This document shows, in pieces, positions 26,663 through 36,371 of a DNA stretch of 64,000 nucleotides. Made by a program: the position numbers and the translations under genes. The stretch spans positions 3,465 through 67,464 of the forward strand of contig JAEEQN010000010.1 of the NCBI GenBank assembly GCA_016285345.1. Direction: 5' to 3'. This stretch comes from Victivallales bacterium (GTDB taxonomy: Bacteria > Verrucomicrobiota > Lentisphaeria > Victivallales > UBA1829). The notes under the pieces were generated by a model that was not told where the DNA came from, ran no database searches, and saw nothing but the letters and a program-made list of their open reading frames with translations. Numbering within the stretch: the stretch's first letter is position 1; each line of letters begins with the position of its first letter.

Positions 26663-27592
26663 TTACTCGGCTTTCTGGTAGACGCGGACGTAGTCGACGT
26701 ACATGTGAACAGGGAACGGCACTTTGGTAACGTCGCCGCCGCTGTCGCCGCCGAGCGCCAGGTTCACCAGCAGATAGTGCGGCTGATGAAACGGATTATC
26801 GACGGAGCGGAACCGCGCGTTTTTGACCTCGGCGATGGAGGAATTGTTCACGGCGCGCCCGTCAACCGACAGCACGATGCGGTTTTCGTCCCAGTCCATC
26901 GCGTACACATGGAACTTGTCCGCCCAGTCCGGGTCGTCTTTCCGATAATTACTGATCGGCGTGCGGACGGTGTTCCATTCAGGCGACCATTGCCCGCCTG
27001 CCGCGGACCAGCAGAAATTCGCGAGAACCGTTTCCTTATAATACTCGAAGATGTCGATCTCGCCGCAGGACGGCCAGTTCTCGGACACGCCGAGCGTCCA
27101 GAACGCGGGCCAGGACCCCTCCATCAGGGGCGCTTTGATGCGCGCCTCGATGCGACCGAACTGGAACGAGTGCAAGCCCTTCGTGATGAGGCAGGCGGAG
27201 GTGTATTCGATGGGGCGGCTGTCCCCGCCGAATCCGAACCAGCGGACATTCCCCATCGGATTCGGCAACGGCTGTTCGTGATGTTCGCCCGTGATGACAA
27301 GGCATCCGTCTCGCACCTCGGCGCTTTCCGGACGATACCACTGCGCCTCGTGATTCCGCACATACCCGGTCTCGTACGTCCAGTTCGAGGGATCGGGGCG
27401 TCCGTTCACATTGAACTCATCGGACCAGACCAGTTTCATCCCGGCAGGCGGATTCGGCGCGAAGGGATCGGCCTCGGACGCGGACGCAGAACCGGAGGGT
27501 TCCGTGGTCTGCGTCGACTGGGCTGGACCGCATGAGGCGAGCACGTAGGCGAGGAGAACCGGAAGGAACAGAAGGGACAGGGCTTTCATCAT
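26663..27592 (-). CDS. GH16 beta-glucanase (laminarinase-like) lipoprotein
   Basis: 309-aa ORF. Lipobox (VLASC). Catalytic motif GEIDIFEY (ExDxxE). WSDEFN opening block. GGAGG RBS. Confidence 0.88.
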   Translation of the reverse strand: MMKALSLLFLPVLLAYVLASCGPAQSTQTTEPSGSASASEADPFAPNPPAGMKLVWSDEFNVNGRPDPSNWTYETGYVRNHEAQWYRPESAEVRDGCLVITGEHHEQPLPNPMGNVRWFGFGGDSRPIEYTSACLITKGLHSFQFGRIEARIKAPLMEGSWPAFWTLGVSENWPSCGEIDIFEYYKETVLANFCWSAAGGQWSPEWNTVRTPISNYRKDDPDWADKFHVYAMDWDENRIVLSVDGRAVNNSSIAEVKNARFRSVDNPFHQPHYLLVNLALGGDSGGDVTKVPFPVHMYVDYVRVYQKAE

Positions 27593-27629
27593 CGAACCTC
27601 CTGAGCTGGAACGTTCCCGGAAAACCGCC

Positions 27630-29945
27630 TCAGTTCGAGGCGGGCATGGACATCAGGAACTCGGCGTTCGTCGAAACCTTCTTGAGCTTGGAGATCAGGA
27701 CTTCCATGGCCTCGACGGGCGGGACGCCGGTCATGGCCTTGCGGAGCGTCCAGACGCGCGGAAGCTCGTCGCGGTGGAGCAGGAGCTCCTCCTTGCGCGT
27801 GCCGCTTGCCTCGATGTTGATGGCCGGATAGACGCGCTTGTCGACGAGGCGGCGGTCGAGGTGAAGTTCCATGTTGCCGGTACCTTTGAATTCCTCGAAG
27901 ATGACCTCGTCCATCTTGCTTCCGGTGTCGATCAGCGCGGTGGCGATGATGGTCAGGCTGCCGTAGTCCTCAATGTTGCGCGCCGCGCCGAAGAAGCGTT
28001 TCGGCTTGTGAAGGGCGTTGGCGTCGACGCCGCCGGTCAGGATCTTGCCGCTGTGGGGCTGGAGCGTGTTGTAGGCACGGGCAAGACGCGTGATGGAGTC
28101 AAGCAGAATCACGACGTCCTTCCGGGATTCCACCAGGCGCTTGGCCTTTTCGATGACCATTTCGGCGATCTGCACGTGGCGTTCCGGCGGTTCGTCAAAG
28201 GTCGAACTCACGACCTCCGCGTTCGAGCTCACGCTCATTTTCATGTCGGTGACTTCCTCGGGGCGTTCGTCGATCAGGAGGATGATCAGGATGACCTCGG
28301 GATTGTTTTTAATGATCGAGTTCGCCATCTTCTGCAGGAGCACGGTCTTGCCGGTGCGCGGCGGCGCGACGATGAGGCCGCGCTGGCCGAGTCCGATCGG
28401 CGTCACCAGGTCGACCACGCGTCCGCACAGTTCGTCCGGGGTGGTCTCGAGGAAGAGACGGCGGGTCGGGAAATACGGCTTCAGTTCGTTGAACGGGATA
28501 ATGTCGCGCTTGCATTCGGGAGACTGGTGGTTGATGCCCGTCACGCGGAACATCGCGAAGAAACGTTCCTTTTCGCGCGGCTGACGAATCTCGCCTTCGA
28601 TGAAGTCGCCCGTGCGGACGGCATAACGGCGGACCTGGTTCGGGCTGAGGTAGATGTCCTCGGAGGACGGCAGGTAGCTGTAGTACGGGGAACGGAGGAA
28701 GCCGAATCCGTCGGGCATGACCTCCAGGAAGCCGCTGCCGACGAGGATGCACCGGTCGCTGTTGGCGCGGATGATCTCGAAGACGAGCTCGGATTTCGTA
28801 AGGACGCCGACGCCCTCGATGCCCATGTCGCGGGCCATCTGGCTGAGCTCAGTGATATTCTTCTGCTGAAGCTCGGAAATGTTCAGAGTCTGCGGCGGGA
28901 TCGGTTCGCCGTTTTCATCGTACTCGATGCGCGGACCGTTGTTGTAGTTCTGCTGCGTCATCTTCATAAGACGGCGGATTTCGGCGTAGGTCGGATCGTC
29001 GCCGCCCTGACGGATGCTGTTGTAGCCGCCGCCGTTGCCGCCGCCTTGGAACCGGCGTTTCTGATTCTGCTGGTTCTGGTTGTTCTGCTGCTTGTTGAAC
29101 TGGCGGTTGTTCTGCTGATTGTTGTTGAACTGGCGGTTGTTCTGCTGATTGTTGTTGAACTGGCGCTGATGCTTGTTGTTGCGCTGCTGATTCTGATTGT
29201 TCTGCTGGTTCTGGCCGTGGTTGCGCTGCTGGTTGCCGCCCTGCTGCTGACCGTTGTTCTGTCCCTGCTGTACGGCGGGACGAGCGGCGGGTTCGCCCTG
29301 CGCGGACTCGGTTGATTCGCCCTGCTGACGCGGTTCGGCGGACGCCTGTTCGCCGAGGCTCCGGGTCTCCATATTGTCGTCGTCCGGGAAATCCGGCATA
29401 GAGGCATCGTTGCGCGGCATACGTGCAGGAGCTTTCGGAGCGGGCGGCACATAGACGATGCTGTCGTCATCGGGCGGAAGGTCGACGGACGCGCCGCCTG
29501 ATTCGTTCATGCCGGCGACCACGATCTCGTTCGGACGGATCCCGCCGGGGAATTCCTGTTCCTGCGGATCGCCGTCGAAATCGCCGTCGTCGTCAAGGTT
29601 GAATTTATAGGTACGGACGGCCTTCAGGCCCTTGCGGGAACTCGGCGTGAAGGAATCGACATGCTGGACGGAGGCGGGGTCGTAGTCGCCGTCGTCGCCG
29701 AAATCCGAATCGGATGAATTGTCGCCGGATGCGGCGGGCTTATCTTCCGCGGTTTCCAGCGGCAGATCGGGCGCGGCATCCATGGCGGCATCGTCGTCGG
29801 GACGTTTTTTCGGCGGACGGCCGCGGCGTTTTTTCACGGGCGCTTCGGCGTCCGCTTCGACGGCCGGGGCGGCCTGTTCCGGCATTTCATTCTGTGCAGG
29901 ATTCTGGTTTTCGGACTGCATTGCTTCCATTTCGTCAGACATCAT
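27630..29945 (-). CDS. rho: transcription termination factor Rho with 350-aa N-terminal extension
   Basis: 771-aa ORF. The C-terminal 420 aa are canonical Rho ([58 protein letters not shown]). The N-terminus has acidic tracts, [12 protein letters not shown] and a long Q/N tract. Confidence 0.93.
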   Translation of the reverse strand: MMSDEMEAMQSENQNPAQNEMPEQAAPAVEADAEAPVKKRRGRPPKKRPDDDAAMDAAPDLPLETAEDKPAASGDNSSDSDFGDDGDYDPASVQHVDSFTPSSRKGLKAVRTYKFNLDDDGDFDGDPQEQEFPGGIRPNEIVVAGMNESGGASVDLPPDDDSIVYVPPAPKAPARMPRNDASMPDFPDDDNMETRSLGEQASAEPRQQGESTESAQGEPAARPAVQQGQNNGQQQGGNQQRNHGQNQQNNQNQQRNNKHQRQFNNNQQNNRQFNNNQQNNRQFNKQQNNQNQQNQKRRFQGGGNGGGYNSIRQGGDDPTYAEIRRLMKMTQQNYNNGPRIEYDENGEPIPPQTLNISELQQKNITELSQMARDMGIEGVGVLTKSELVFEIIRANSDRCILVGSGFLEVMPDGFGFLRSPYYSYLPSSEDIYLSPNQVRRYAVRTGDFIEGEIRQPREKERFFAMFRVTGINHQSPECKRDIIPFNELKPYFPTRRLFLETTPDELCGRVVDLVTPIGLGQRGLIVAPPRTGKTVLLQKMANSIIKNNPEVILIILLIDERPEEVTDMKMSVSSNAEVVSSTFDEPPERHVQIAEMVIEKAKRLVESRKDVVILLDSITRLARAYNTLQPHSGKILTGGVDANALHKPKRFFGAARNIEDYGSLTIIATALIDTGSKMDEVIFEEFKGTGNMELHLDRRLVDKRVYPAINIEASGTRKEELLLHRDELPRVWTLRKAMTGVPPVEAMEVLISKLKKVSTNAEFLMSMPASN
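29092..29165. repeat. perfect 30-bp tandem repeat inside the rho Q/N-rich region
   Basis: tggcggttgttctgctgattgttgttgaac occurs at 29101-29130 and again at 29131-29160, with partial copies on both sides. It encodes [10 protein letters not shown] twice. Confidence 0.9.
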
Positions 29946-30015
29946 TTGTTCCTTTCGGATATGGTTATTATGAATTTTGAAATATAGGACAAATAAAAGG
30001 GGATTATTAAGAATG

Positions 30016-30633
30016 TTAAGACATGGTTGATTTCAACTGCGCGACCAGCTCGAAACATTGTTTCCGCAGATGTTCCAGACCGCTGTTGTTGATCAGACCG
30101 AAGTCGGCGCGGGCGAGTTTCGCATCGGCGGACAACTGCACGTCCAGACGCGATTCCGCATCCTCGCGCGACAGACCGTTGCGCGCCATCAGGCGTCCGA
30201 TCTGCATCTCACGCGGCATCCAGACCGCGATCGTGTGCGAATATTTTGTATCCCAGCCGATTTCGAAAAGCAGAGGGACCTCGACCAGGACCAACTCGGT
30301 TTCCCTGACGGCATCCCGGGCCATAAGCTCCTGCAAACACCGTTCTACTGCAGGATGTACCAGCGAATTCAGCGCTGCGAAAGCCTCAGCGCGATTCGAT
30401 TCGGCGAAAAGCCGTTTCGACAGCGCCGCCCGGTCAATGCGCAAATCCGAGGTCACGACTTCGTCGCCCCAGTCTTTCCGCATTCCGGCAAGCAGTTCCG
30501 GCGTGGGATGTTCATAAAGGTCATGGCAGATCGCATCGGTGTCGTAGACATGGGAGAATCCGGCTTCCAGCAGGAAATGGCCCGCCGTCGTTTTTCCGCA
30601 TGCGATTCCGCCTGTCAGAGCAAGAGGTTTCAA
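30016..30633 (-). CDS. coaE: dephospho-CoA kinase
   Basis: 205-aa ORF with a TTG start. P-loop [11 protein letters not shown]. Collinear with CoaE (…VVEVPLLFE…). Confidence 0.85.
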   Translation of the reverse strand: MKPLALTGGIACGKTTAGHFLLEAGFSHVYDTDAICHDLYEHPTPELLAGMRKDWGDEVVTSDLRIDRAALSKRLFAESNRAEAFAALNSLVHPAVERCLQELMARDAVRETELVLVEVPLLFEIGWDTKYSHTIAVWMPREMQIGRLMARNGLSREDAESRLDVQLSADAKLARADFGLINNSGLEHLRKQCFELVAQLKSTMS

Positions 30634-31006
30634 CTCTTCCGTCTCCGTGCGGGTTCGTTTGGGTTGTGATTCCGGAATGCGTTTCTTGCGCCCTCCAGGG
30701 CAAACATATTCCGGGAGTCCGGCTATCCGTCCGAAAAATGATACAGGCGGATGATGCCTGCCGGGCGGGTCGGGGGGATTTTATGACCGGATGGCCGGAC
30801 AAACAACAGAGTTCCGGGCGGTCATAATAAGGTGAATGAGTTTAATGTAGCATGCCGCGTTCCTTTTTTCAAGCGTATTTTCGGAAAAAAACGGAAAAAC
30901 AGCCTGAAATCCCCTCTTTTTTCAGCAAGGACGCCGCCGAAAAACTGTCTCCCGGCATCGTCCGTGACTTTTTTGGAAACACTCCGAAAAAAACGGCGTT
31001 TCGCGG

Positions 31007-31035
31007 TTGATTAATCCTCGTTTCACGGTTATATT
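31007..31035 (+). promoter_or_regulatory. sigma70-like promoter upstream of the DUF1846 gene
   Basis: TTGATT (31007-31012), 17 nt spacer, TATATT (31030-31035). It would give a 5' UTR of about 155 nt. Confidence 0.5.
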
Positions 31036-31106
31036 ATTATTATAAAATCTTTGAAAAACAGACGCGCTTCCCCCTGTCTTCTTTGTTCCCCTGCCCTGCC
31101 GGATGC

Positions 31107-31122
31107 CCGGTTCACGAACCGG
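31107..31122. promoter_or_regulatory. 16-bp palindrome in the 5' UTR (possible operator or RNA hairpin)
   Basis: CCGGTTC-AC-GAACCGG, perfect 7-2-7 inverted repeat. Confidence 0.3.
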
Positions 31123-31195
31123 AATGTGCCGCATGGAGTCAGAACGGACCGAAAAAACGGGCGGACGCGCGCCGGAAAAAACACGGAAAACGACG

Positions 31196-32710
31196 ATGAA
31201 CGAGATCGGTTTTGACAACACACGCTATCTGGAGGAACAGTCCGCCGAGATTCTGCGCCGCGCCGAGCGGTTCCAGAACAAACTTTACATCGAATTCGGG
31301 GGCAAGCTCGCCTACGACTACCACGCCGCGCGCATCCTGCCCGGCTTCGATCCGAACGTCAAGCTCAAACTGCTCCAGCGCCTGAAGGACAAGATCGACG
31401 TCGTGATCTGCATCTACGCGGGCGACATCGAACGCAAGAAGATCCGCGCCGACTTCGGCATCGCCTACGACGCCGACACCTTCCGCATCATGGACAACCT
31501 CCGTTCACTCGGCATCACCGTGAAGGCCGTCGTCGTGACCCGCTACGAGGACCACCCCGCGGTCAACAACTTCATCACCAAGCTCGAACGCCGCAACGTC
31601 GCCGTCTACAAGCACAAGACCATCAAGGGCTACCCCGCCGACGTCGACCTCATCGTAAGCGACGCGGGATACGGCGCGAACCCGTACATCGAGACCGACC
31701 GGCCGATCGTCATCGTGACCGGTCCCGGCCCCAGCAGCGGCAAGATGGCGACCTGCCTTTCCCAGGTCTACCACGAACACAAGCGCGGCGTCGCCGCCGG
31801 TTACGCCAAGTTCGAGACGTTCCCCGTCTGGAACCTCCCGCTGAACCACCCGGTCAACATCGCCTACGAGGCCGCCACCGCCGACATCGGCGACGTGAAC
31901 ATGGTCGACTCGTTCCACCTGGACGCCTACGGCACGACCGCGGTCAACTACAACCGCGACATCGAGATATTCCCCGTCGTCCGCCGCATCATGGAACGCA
32001 TCATGGGCGAAGGCAACGTCTACAAATCCCCGACCGACATGGGCGTGAACCGCGTCGGATTCGCGATCTCGGACGACGCCGTCGTGCGCGAGGCATCCAA
32101 GCAGGAGATCATCCGCCGCTGGTTCCGCTACAGCGCGGAATACGCCCTCGGCGCGACCGACCTCAACACCGTCCAGCGTGTGCAGATTCTCATGGATAAC
32201 CTCGGAATCAAGGGCGAGGACCGGCCCGTGGTCATTCCCGCCCGCGAGACCGCCGCGCAGGCCGCGCAGATTCCCGGACACGGCAACGACGGCTTCTACT
32301 GCGGCGCGGCGCTCCAGCTCCCCGACGGACGCATGATCACCGGCAAGAACTCCCCCCTGCTCCACGCCGCGGCCGCATGCGTGCTGAAGGCGCTGAAGGA
32401 ACTCGCCAACCTCCCGCACGAACTCGACCTGCTCTCCCCCGACGTGATAGACTCCGTGGCGCATCTCAAGAAGACGCTGAAAAATCCGCGTGTCAGCCTC
32501 GACCTCGAGGAGACCCTGATCGCGCTCGCGGTCAGCACCACCGCCAATCCCGCCGCGAAGCTCGCGCTCAACCATCTCTCCCAGCTCAACGGCTGCGAAA
32601 TGCACCTCTCCCACCTCCCCGCGCAGGGCGACGCCGCCGGACTCCGCAAGCTCGGCGTGAACCTCACCAGCGACCCGAAATTCGCCAGCCGCGACCTCTT
32701 TGTGGAATGA
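31196..32710 (+). CDS. DUF1846 (UPF0371) family protein
   Basis: The start at MNEIGFDNTRYLEEQSAEILRRAERF..KLYIEFGGKL.DYHAARILPGFDPN is a typical DUF1846 opening. The track ORF starts at 31103. Confidence 0.85.
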   Translation: MNEIGFDNTRYLEEQSAEILRRAERFQNKLYIEFGGKLAYDYHAARILPGFDPNVKLKLLQRLKDKIDVVICIYAGDIERKKIRADFGIAYDADTFRIMDNLRSLGITVKAVVVTRYEDHPAVNNFITKLERRNVAVYKHKTIKGYPADVDLIVSDAGYGANPYIETDRPIVIVTGPGPSSGKMATCLSQVYHEHKRGVAAGYAKFETFPVWNLPLNHPVNIAYEAATADIGDVNMVDSFHLDAYGTTAVNYNRDIEIFPVVRRIMERIMGEGNVYKSPTDMGVNRVGFAISDDAVVREASKQEIIRRWFRYSAEYALGATDLNTVQRVQILMDNLGIKGEDRPVVIPARETAAQAAQIPGHGNDGFYCGAALQLPDGRMITGKNSPLLHAAAACVLKALKELANLPHELDLLSPDVIDSVAHLKKTLKNPRVSLDLEETLIALAVSTTANPAAKLALNHLSQLNGCEMHLSHLPAQGDAAGLRKLGVNLTSDPKFASRDLFVE

Positions 32711-32716
32711 TCCGTC

Positions 32717-34117
32717 ATGAGAAAAACCATCCTAAAACAAAAAACTGCCACCAAAAAGGTGTTAAAAAAGGCTTCTTCTCCGCAATCTCGAGAGATGTCT
32801 AAAATCAAACAAAGCCATCATACGGTTGACTCCCGTTCATGGAATCAGTTTATTCTCAAGCAGCTTTCCACAAAAAAGGCATCTTTGCCAGCAGGACGAA
32901 AGATTTCCGTTAAACGGTGGGTGAAAATAAATAACACTCAGCAAACCGTTTATAACGCGTCCTCCCTAAAACAAGAGTTCAGTTTGTTAGAGAATCCAAC
33001 TCAAGCAAGAGAACAGATTCTGAAATCCAGCCGCCGTGTGGTCCTGAAAGTAGGGACGCGCCTCCTCGCCGACCAGTCGGCCATCGCGCGCCTCGTCGCA
33101 CAGATCCACGCTCTCCGCGAATCGGGCCGCCAGGTCATCCTCGTTTCCTCCGGCGCGGTCGGCATGGGCATGCGCGCAGCTGGTCTTACTCGCCGTCCGC
33201 GCCACCTCTCCGAAGTCCAGGCGCTCGCCGCCATGGGTCAGGCCACGCTCATGGCGATGTACGAGGAGGAATGCCGCAAATACGGATTCTGCGCCGCCCA
33301 GCTCCTCCTCACCGCCGACGACCTGCGTTCCCGCGAACGCCATCTGAACGCCGTCAACTGCATTGAGGCGCTGCTCGCGCACGACGTGCTCCCGATCATC
33401 AACGAAAACGACCCCGTGTCCGTCAGCGAACTCAAGTTCGGCGACAACGACACGCTCGCCGCCCTCCTCGGATCCATGATCCGCGCCGACCTCACCATCA
33501 TCCTCACCACCGTCGACGGTCTCCTCGACAGGAACCCGGACGGCACGCTCGGGAAACGCATCTCCGTGGTCCGCGGTGTGACCGCTCAACTGAAGGAGAT
33601 CGCTTCCGGCACCGACGACGCCGCGTTCTCCATCGGCGGCATGGCCTCCAAGCTCAAGGCCGCCGAGGTGCTGAACGGCGCGGGCGAAGCGCTCTGGATC
33701 GCATCCGGAAAAGATGCGAAAATCATTTCCCATATTTTTTCTGACAAGGACGTCGGGACCGTGTTTCTCCCGCAAGATGGATTACAAAAGATGGGCTCCC
33801 GCAAACGCTGGCTCGCATCGTTCTCGCGCCCCGCGGGCGTCATCGCCATCGACGACGGCGCGGCGAACGCTCTGGTCAGAAAAGGCTCCAGCCTGCTCCC
33901 GTCCGGCGTGGTCTCCATCACCGGCGCGTTCAAACGCGGCGACGTGGTGAAGATCGTCAAAGCCTCCTCCGGCGCAGTCCTCGCGAAAGGCATCACCAAT
34001 TTTTCCGCCGAAGAGGCCGCGCGGATCGCGCATCACAAGTCCGGCGACCTGACCGACATCCTCGGCTGCGACGCCGAAGACGAGCTGGTCCACCGCAACA
34101 ACCTCGTCCTGCTCTGA
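32717..34117 (+). CDS. proB: glutamate 5-kinase (with PUA domain) carrying an AT-rich, Lys-rich N-terminal extension
   Basis: The core RRVVLKVGTRLL...VILVSSGAVGMGM...NENDPVS..FGDNDTLAA plus C-terminal PUA (LPSGVVSITGAFKRGDVV) is canonical ProB. The 89 codons before an in-frame TTG at 32984 are AT-rich yet stop-free. The start is therefore either 32717 or about 32984. Confidence 0.85.
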   Translation: MRKTILKQKTATKKVLKKASSPQSREMSKIKQSHHTVDSRSWNQFILKQLSTKKASLPAGRKISVKRWVKINNTQQTVYNASSLKQEFSLLENPTQAREQILKSSRRVVLKVGTRLLADQSAIARLVAQIHALRESGRQVILVSSGAVGMGMRAAGLTRRPRHLSEVQALAAMGQATLMAMYEEECRKYGFCAAQLLLTADDLRSRERHLNAVNCIEALLAHDVLPIINENDPVSVSELKFGDNDTLAALLGSMIRADLTIILTTVDGLLDRNPDGTLGKRISVVRGVTAQLKEIASGTDDAAFSIGGMASKLKAAEVLNGAGEALWIASGKDAKIISHIFSDKDVGTVFLPQDGLQKMGSRKRWLASFSRPAGVIAIDDGAANALVRKGSSLLPSGVVSITGAFKRGDVVKIVKASSGAVLAKGITNFSAEEAARIAHHKSGDLTDILGCDAEDELVHRNNLVLL

Positions 34118-34147
34118 CGTCTCCCCCTGCCCCGCCCGGTTTACACC

Positions 34148-35509
34148 ATGAAATTCTACATCAAGACCTACGGCTGCCAGATGAACCTGCGCGACTCCGA
34201 TTCCGCCGCCGCGCTGCTCATCGAACACGGCTTCCTGCCCGCCAGCGGCGAGGCCGACGCCGACCTCGTGATCCTGAACACGTGCAGCGTGCGCGACCAG
34301 GCGGAACGCAAGGCGATCGGCAAGCTCGGATTCCTCGGCAAGCTCAAACGCGAGCGTCCGTGGATGATCTTCGGCATCATGGGCTGCATGGCGCAGAGCC
34401 GCGGCGCGGAACTGCTGAAGTCCATCAAACATCTTGATTTCGCCATCGGCACCGACCAGATCCACCGGATCCCGGAGATCGTCGAGCAGATCGCCGCGAA
34501 ACGCGAAAAGACCGCTTCCTTCGACCGCGCGTCCGCCGAGACGCCCGGCATCGACTCCCACCGGTTCGACGGCGCGGAGTCGCCCCACTCCGCTTTCGTC
34601 TCCATCATGCGAGGATGCAGCCGCTACTGTTCCTACTGCATCGTGCCGTTCGTGCGCGGACCGGAACGCAGCCGTCCGATGGACTCCATCCTCGCCGAAT
34701 GCCGCACCCTCGCCGCCCACGGTGTGCCGGAGATCTTCCTGCTCGGACAGAACGTCTCCGCCTACGGGCTGGACAATACCGCTCCGCCGCCCGACGACGC
34801 GCCCTCGCCCTTCGGCGAGCTCCTGAAAGGCATCGCCGCCATCGACGGCGTCCGCCGCATCCGGTTCACCTCGCCGCACCCGGCCTACTTCACGCAGGCG
34901 CTCATCGACGCGTTCACACAGACGGAGAAGGTCTGCAAGTACGTGCATCTGCCGCTTCAGTCCGGCTCCGACCGCGTCCTCAAGCTCATGAACCGTCCGT
35001 ACGACACCGCGAAATACCTCTCCATCACGGACCGTCTGCGCGCGGCCGCCCCCGGCATCTCGTTCTCCACGGACGTCATCGTCGGCTTCCCGACCGAGAC
35101 CGAGGCGGATTTCCAGGCCACGCGCGAGCTGATGGACCGCGTCGGATTCGACAACGCGTTTATCTTCAAATATTCGCCGCGCAAGGGCACGCGTTCCGCG
35201 CAGATGACCGACGACGTGCCGCAGGAGGTCAAGGAGGAACGCAACCAGATTCTGCTCGCCGACCTCGAACGCCGCGCCGAAGCCGCGAACAGAAAGCTCG
35301 TCGGACAGACGTTCGAACTCCTCGTCGAAGGCCCCAGCAAACGCAACTCCGCGCGCTGGAGCGGACGCACCGACACGTTCAAACAGGCCGTCTTCACGCC
35401 CGATCCCGCCCGACCCGTCGCGTGCGGCGACTTCGTGCGAGTGAAGATCGTGCGGTCCACCGCCACCACCCTCTACGGCGAACTGATTCCCGCCGAAAAA
35501 ACGAATTGA
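34148..35509 (+). CDS. miaB: tRNA-2-methylthio-N6-dimethylallyladenosine synthase
   Basis: MKFYIKTYGCQMN opening. Radical-SAM CSRYCSYCIVP. C-terminal TRAM domain. Confidence 0.92.
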   Translation: MKFYIKTYGCQMNLRDSDSAAALLIEHGFLPASGEADADLVILNTCSVRDQAERKAIGKLGFLGKLKRERPWMIFGIMGCMAQSRGAELLKSIKHLDFAIGTDQIHRIPEIVEQIAAKREKTASFDRASAETPGIDSHRFDGAESPHSAFVSIMRGCSRYCSYCIVPFVRGPERSRPMDSILAECRTLAAHGVPEIFLLGQNVSAYGLDNTAPPPDDAPSPFGELLKGIAAIDGVRRIRFTSPHPAYFTQALIDAFTQTEKVCKYVHLPLQSGSDRVLKLMNRPYDTAKYLSITDRLRAAAPGISFSTDVIVGFPTETEADFQATRELMDRVGFDNAFIFKYSPRKGTRSAQMTDDVPQEVKEERNQILLADLERRAEAANRKLVGQTFELLVEGPSKRNSARWSGRTDTFKQAVFTPDPARPVACGDFVRVKIVRSTATTLYGELIPAEKTN

Positions 35510-35532
35510 CACACCACGAAAGGCTTCCACGC

Positions 35533-36075
35533 ATGAAACTGCTCTTCTTCTCCGATGTCCACGGCGTACCCGGCACCCTGGAACGCCTTCTCGAACACGC
35601 CGACGCGCTCAAGCCCGACCGCATGGTCCTGCTTGGCGACGTCCTGTACCACGGCCCCCGTAACGGCGTCCCCGGCTGGTACGACCCGCAGAAGGTCGCC
35701 GGCCTGCTCAACGCCCGCCGCGAACAGATCATCGCCGTGCGCGGCAACTGCGACGCCGACGTCGACCAGTTCCTCCTGAAGTTCCCCATCATGGCGGATT
35801 TCTCCGAGATCCTCACCGATTCCGCCCGGTTCTTCATCACGCACGGACACCTCTGGAACGCGACCAACGTCCCGCCCGTCCCCCAGGGCACCATTCTCGC
35901 ACACGGACACACGCACATCCCGGAACTCCGCCCCCTCCCCGAAGGCGTTACGCTCTTCAATCCCGGCTCCATCTCCCTGCCGAAACGCAACTTCCCGCCG
36001 ACCTTCGGCTTCTTCGACGGCGCGAACCTGACCGTCCGCCGCCTCGAAGACGGCGCAATTATCCTCCCCGCCTGA
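35533..36075 (+). CDS. YfcE/MJ0936-family metallophosphoesterase
   Basis: ATG at 35533 inside track ORF 34615..36075. Motifs MKLLFFSDVHG, LGDVLYHGPRN, RGNCD, GHTH. Confidence 0.85.
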   Translation: MKLLFFSDVHGVPGTLERLLEHADALKPDRMVLLGDVLYHGPRNGVPGWYDPQKVAGLLNARREQIIAVRGNCDADVDQFLLKFPIMADFSEILTDSARFFITHGHLWNATNVPPVPQGTILAHGHTHIPELRPLPEGVTLFNPGSISLPKRNFPPTFGFFDGANLTVRRLEDGAIILPA

Positions 36076-36083
36076 ACAATTCC

Positions 36084-36370
36084 GTGCCCGAGCGAAGCAC
36101 GGCACTACCCAAGTCGAGGCATCTGCCTCGTGCTCAAATAAAGCTGAGAGCACGCCGCAAGCGGTGCTGATACAGTGTCCGGCTTCGCTCGGACACACCG
36201 TAAGCGGTGTCGGATAGTGCCGGGCTTACGCTCCGGCACGATAAGGCAAAATAGGGCAGATAAGACTCAATGAGGCGGACAGGGAGAAATACACCCTATC
36301 CGCCTTATAATCCTTATCCCCCGTGCGCAAGCGAAGCTGAGCGCACTACCGCAGTCGAGGCATCCGCCTC
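36084..36370. repeat. mosaic cluster of REP-like hairpins (same family as 26447, in guaA orientation)
   Basis: B-type hairpins at 36084-36105, 36175-36196, 36218-36239 and 36323-36346. A-type GAGGCATCTGCCTC at 36116-36129 and GAGGCATCCGCCTC at 36357-36370. Short CAC(C/G)CG..GCGGTG hairpins lie between them. A larger GATAAGG...CCTTATC inverted repeat spans 36240-36318. Confidence 0.8.
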
Positions 36371-36371
36371 G

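Noticed and set aside
30700-30780. CCGGGAGTCCGGCTATCC, reminiscent of the RNase P RNA GGAAAGUCCGGGC box, and a general search for 6S, tmRNA or SRP RNA in the long intergenic region.
   Set aside because: This is only a loose resemblance over a few bases. None of the other conserved RNase P, tmRNA or SRP elements are present.
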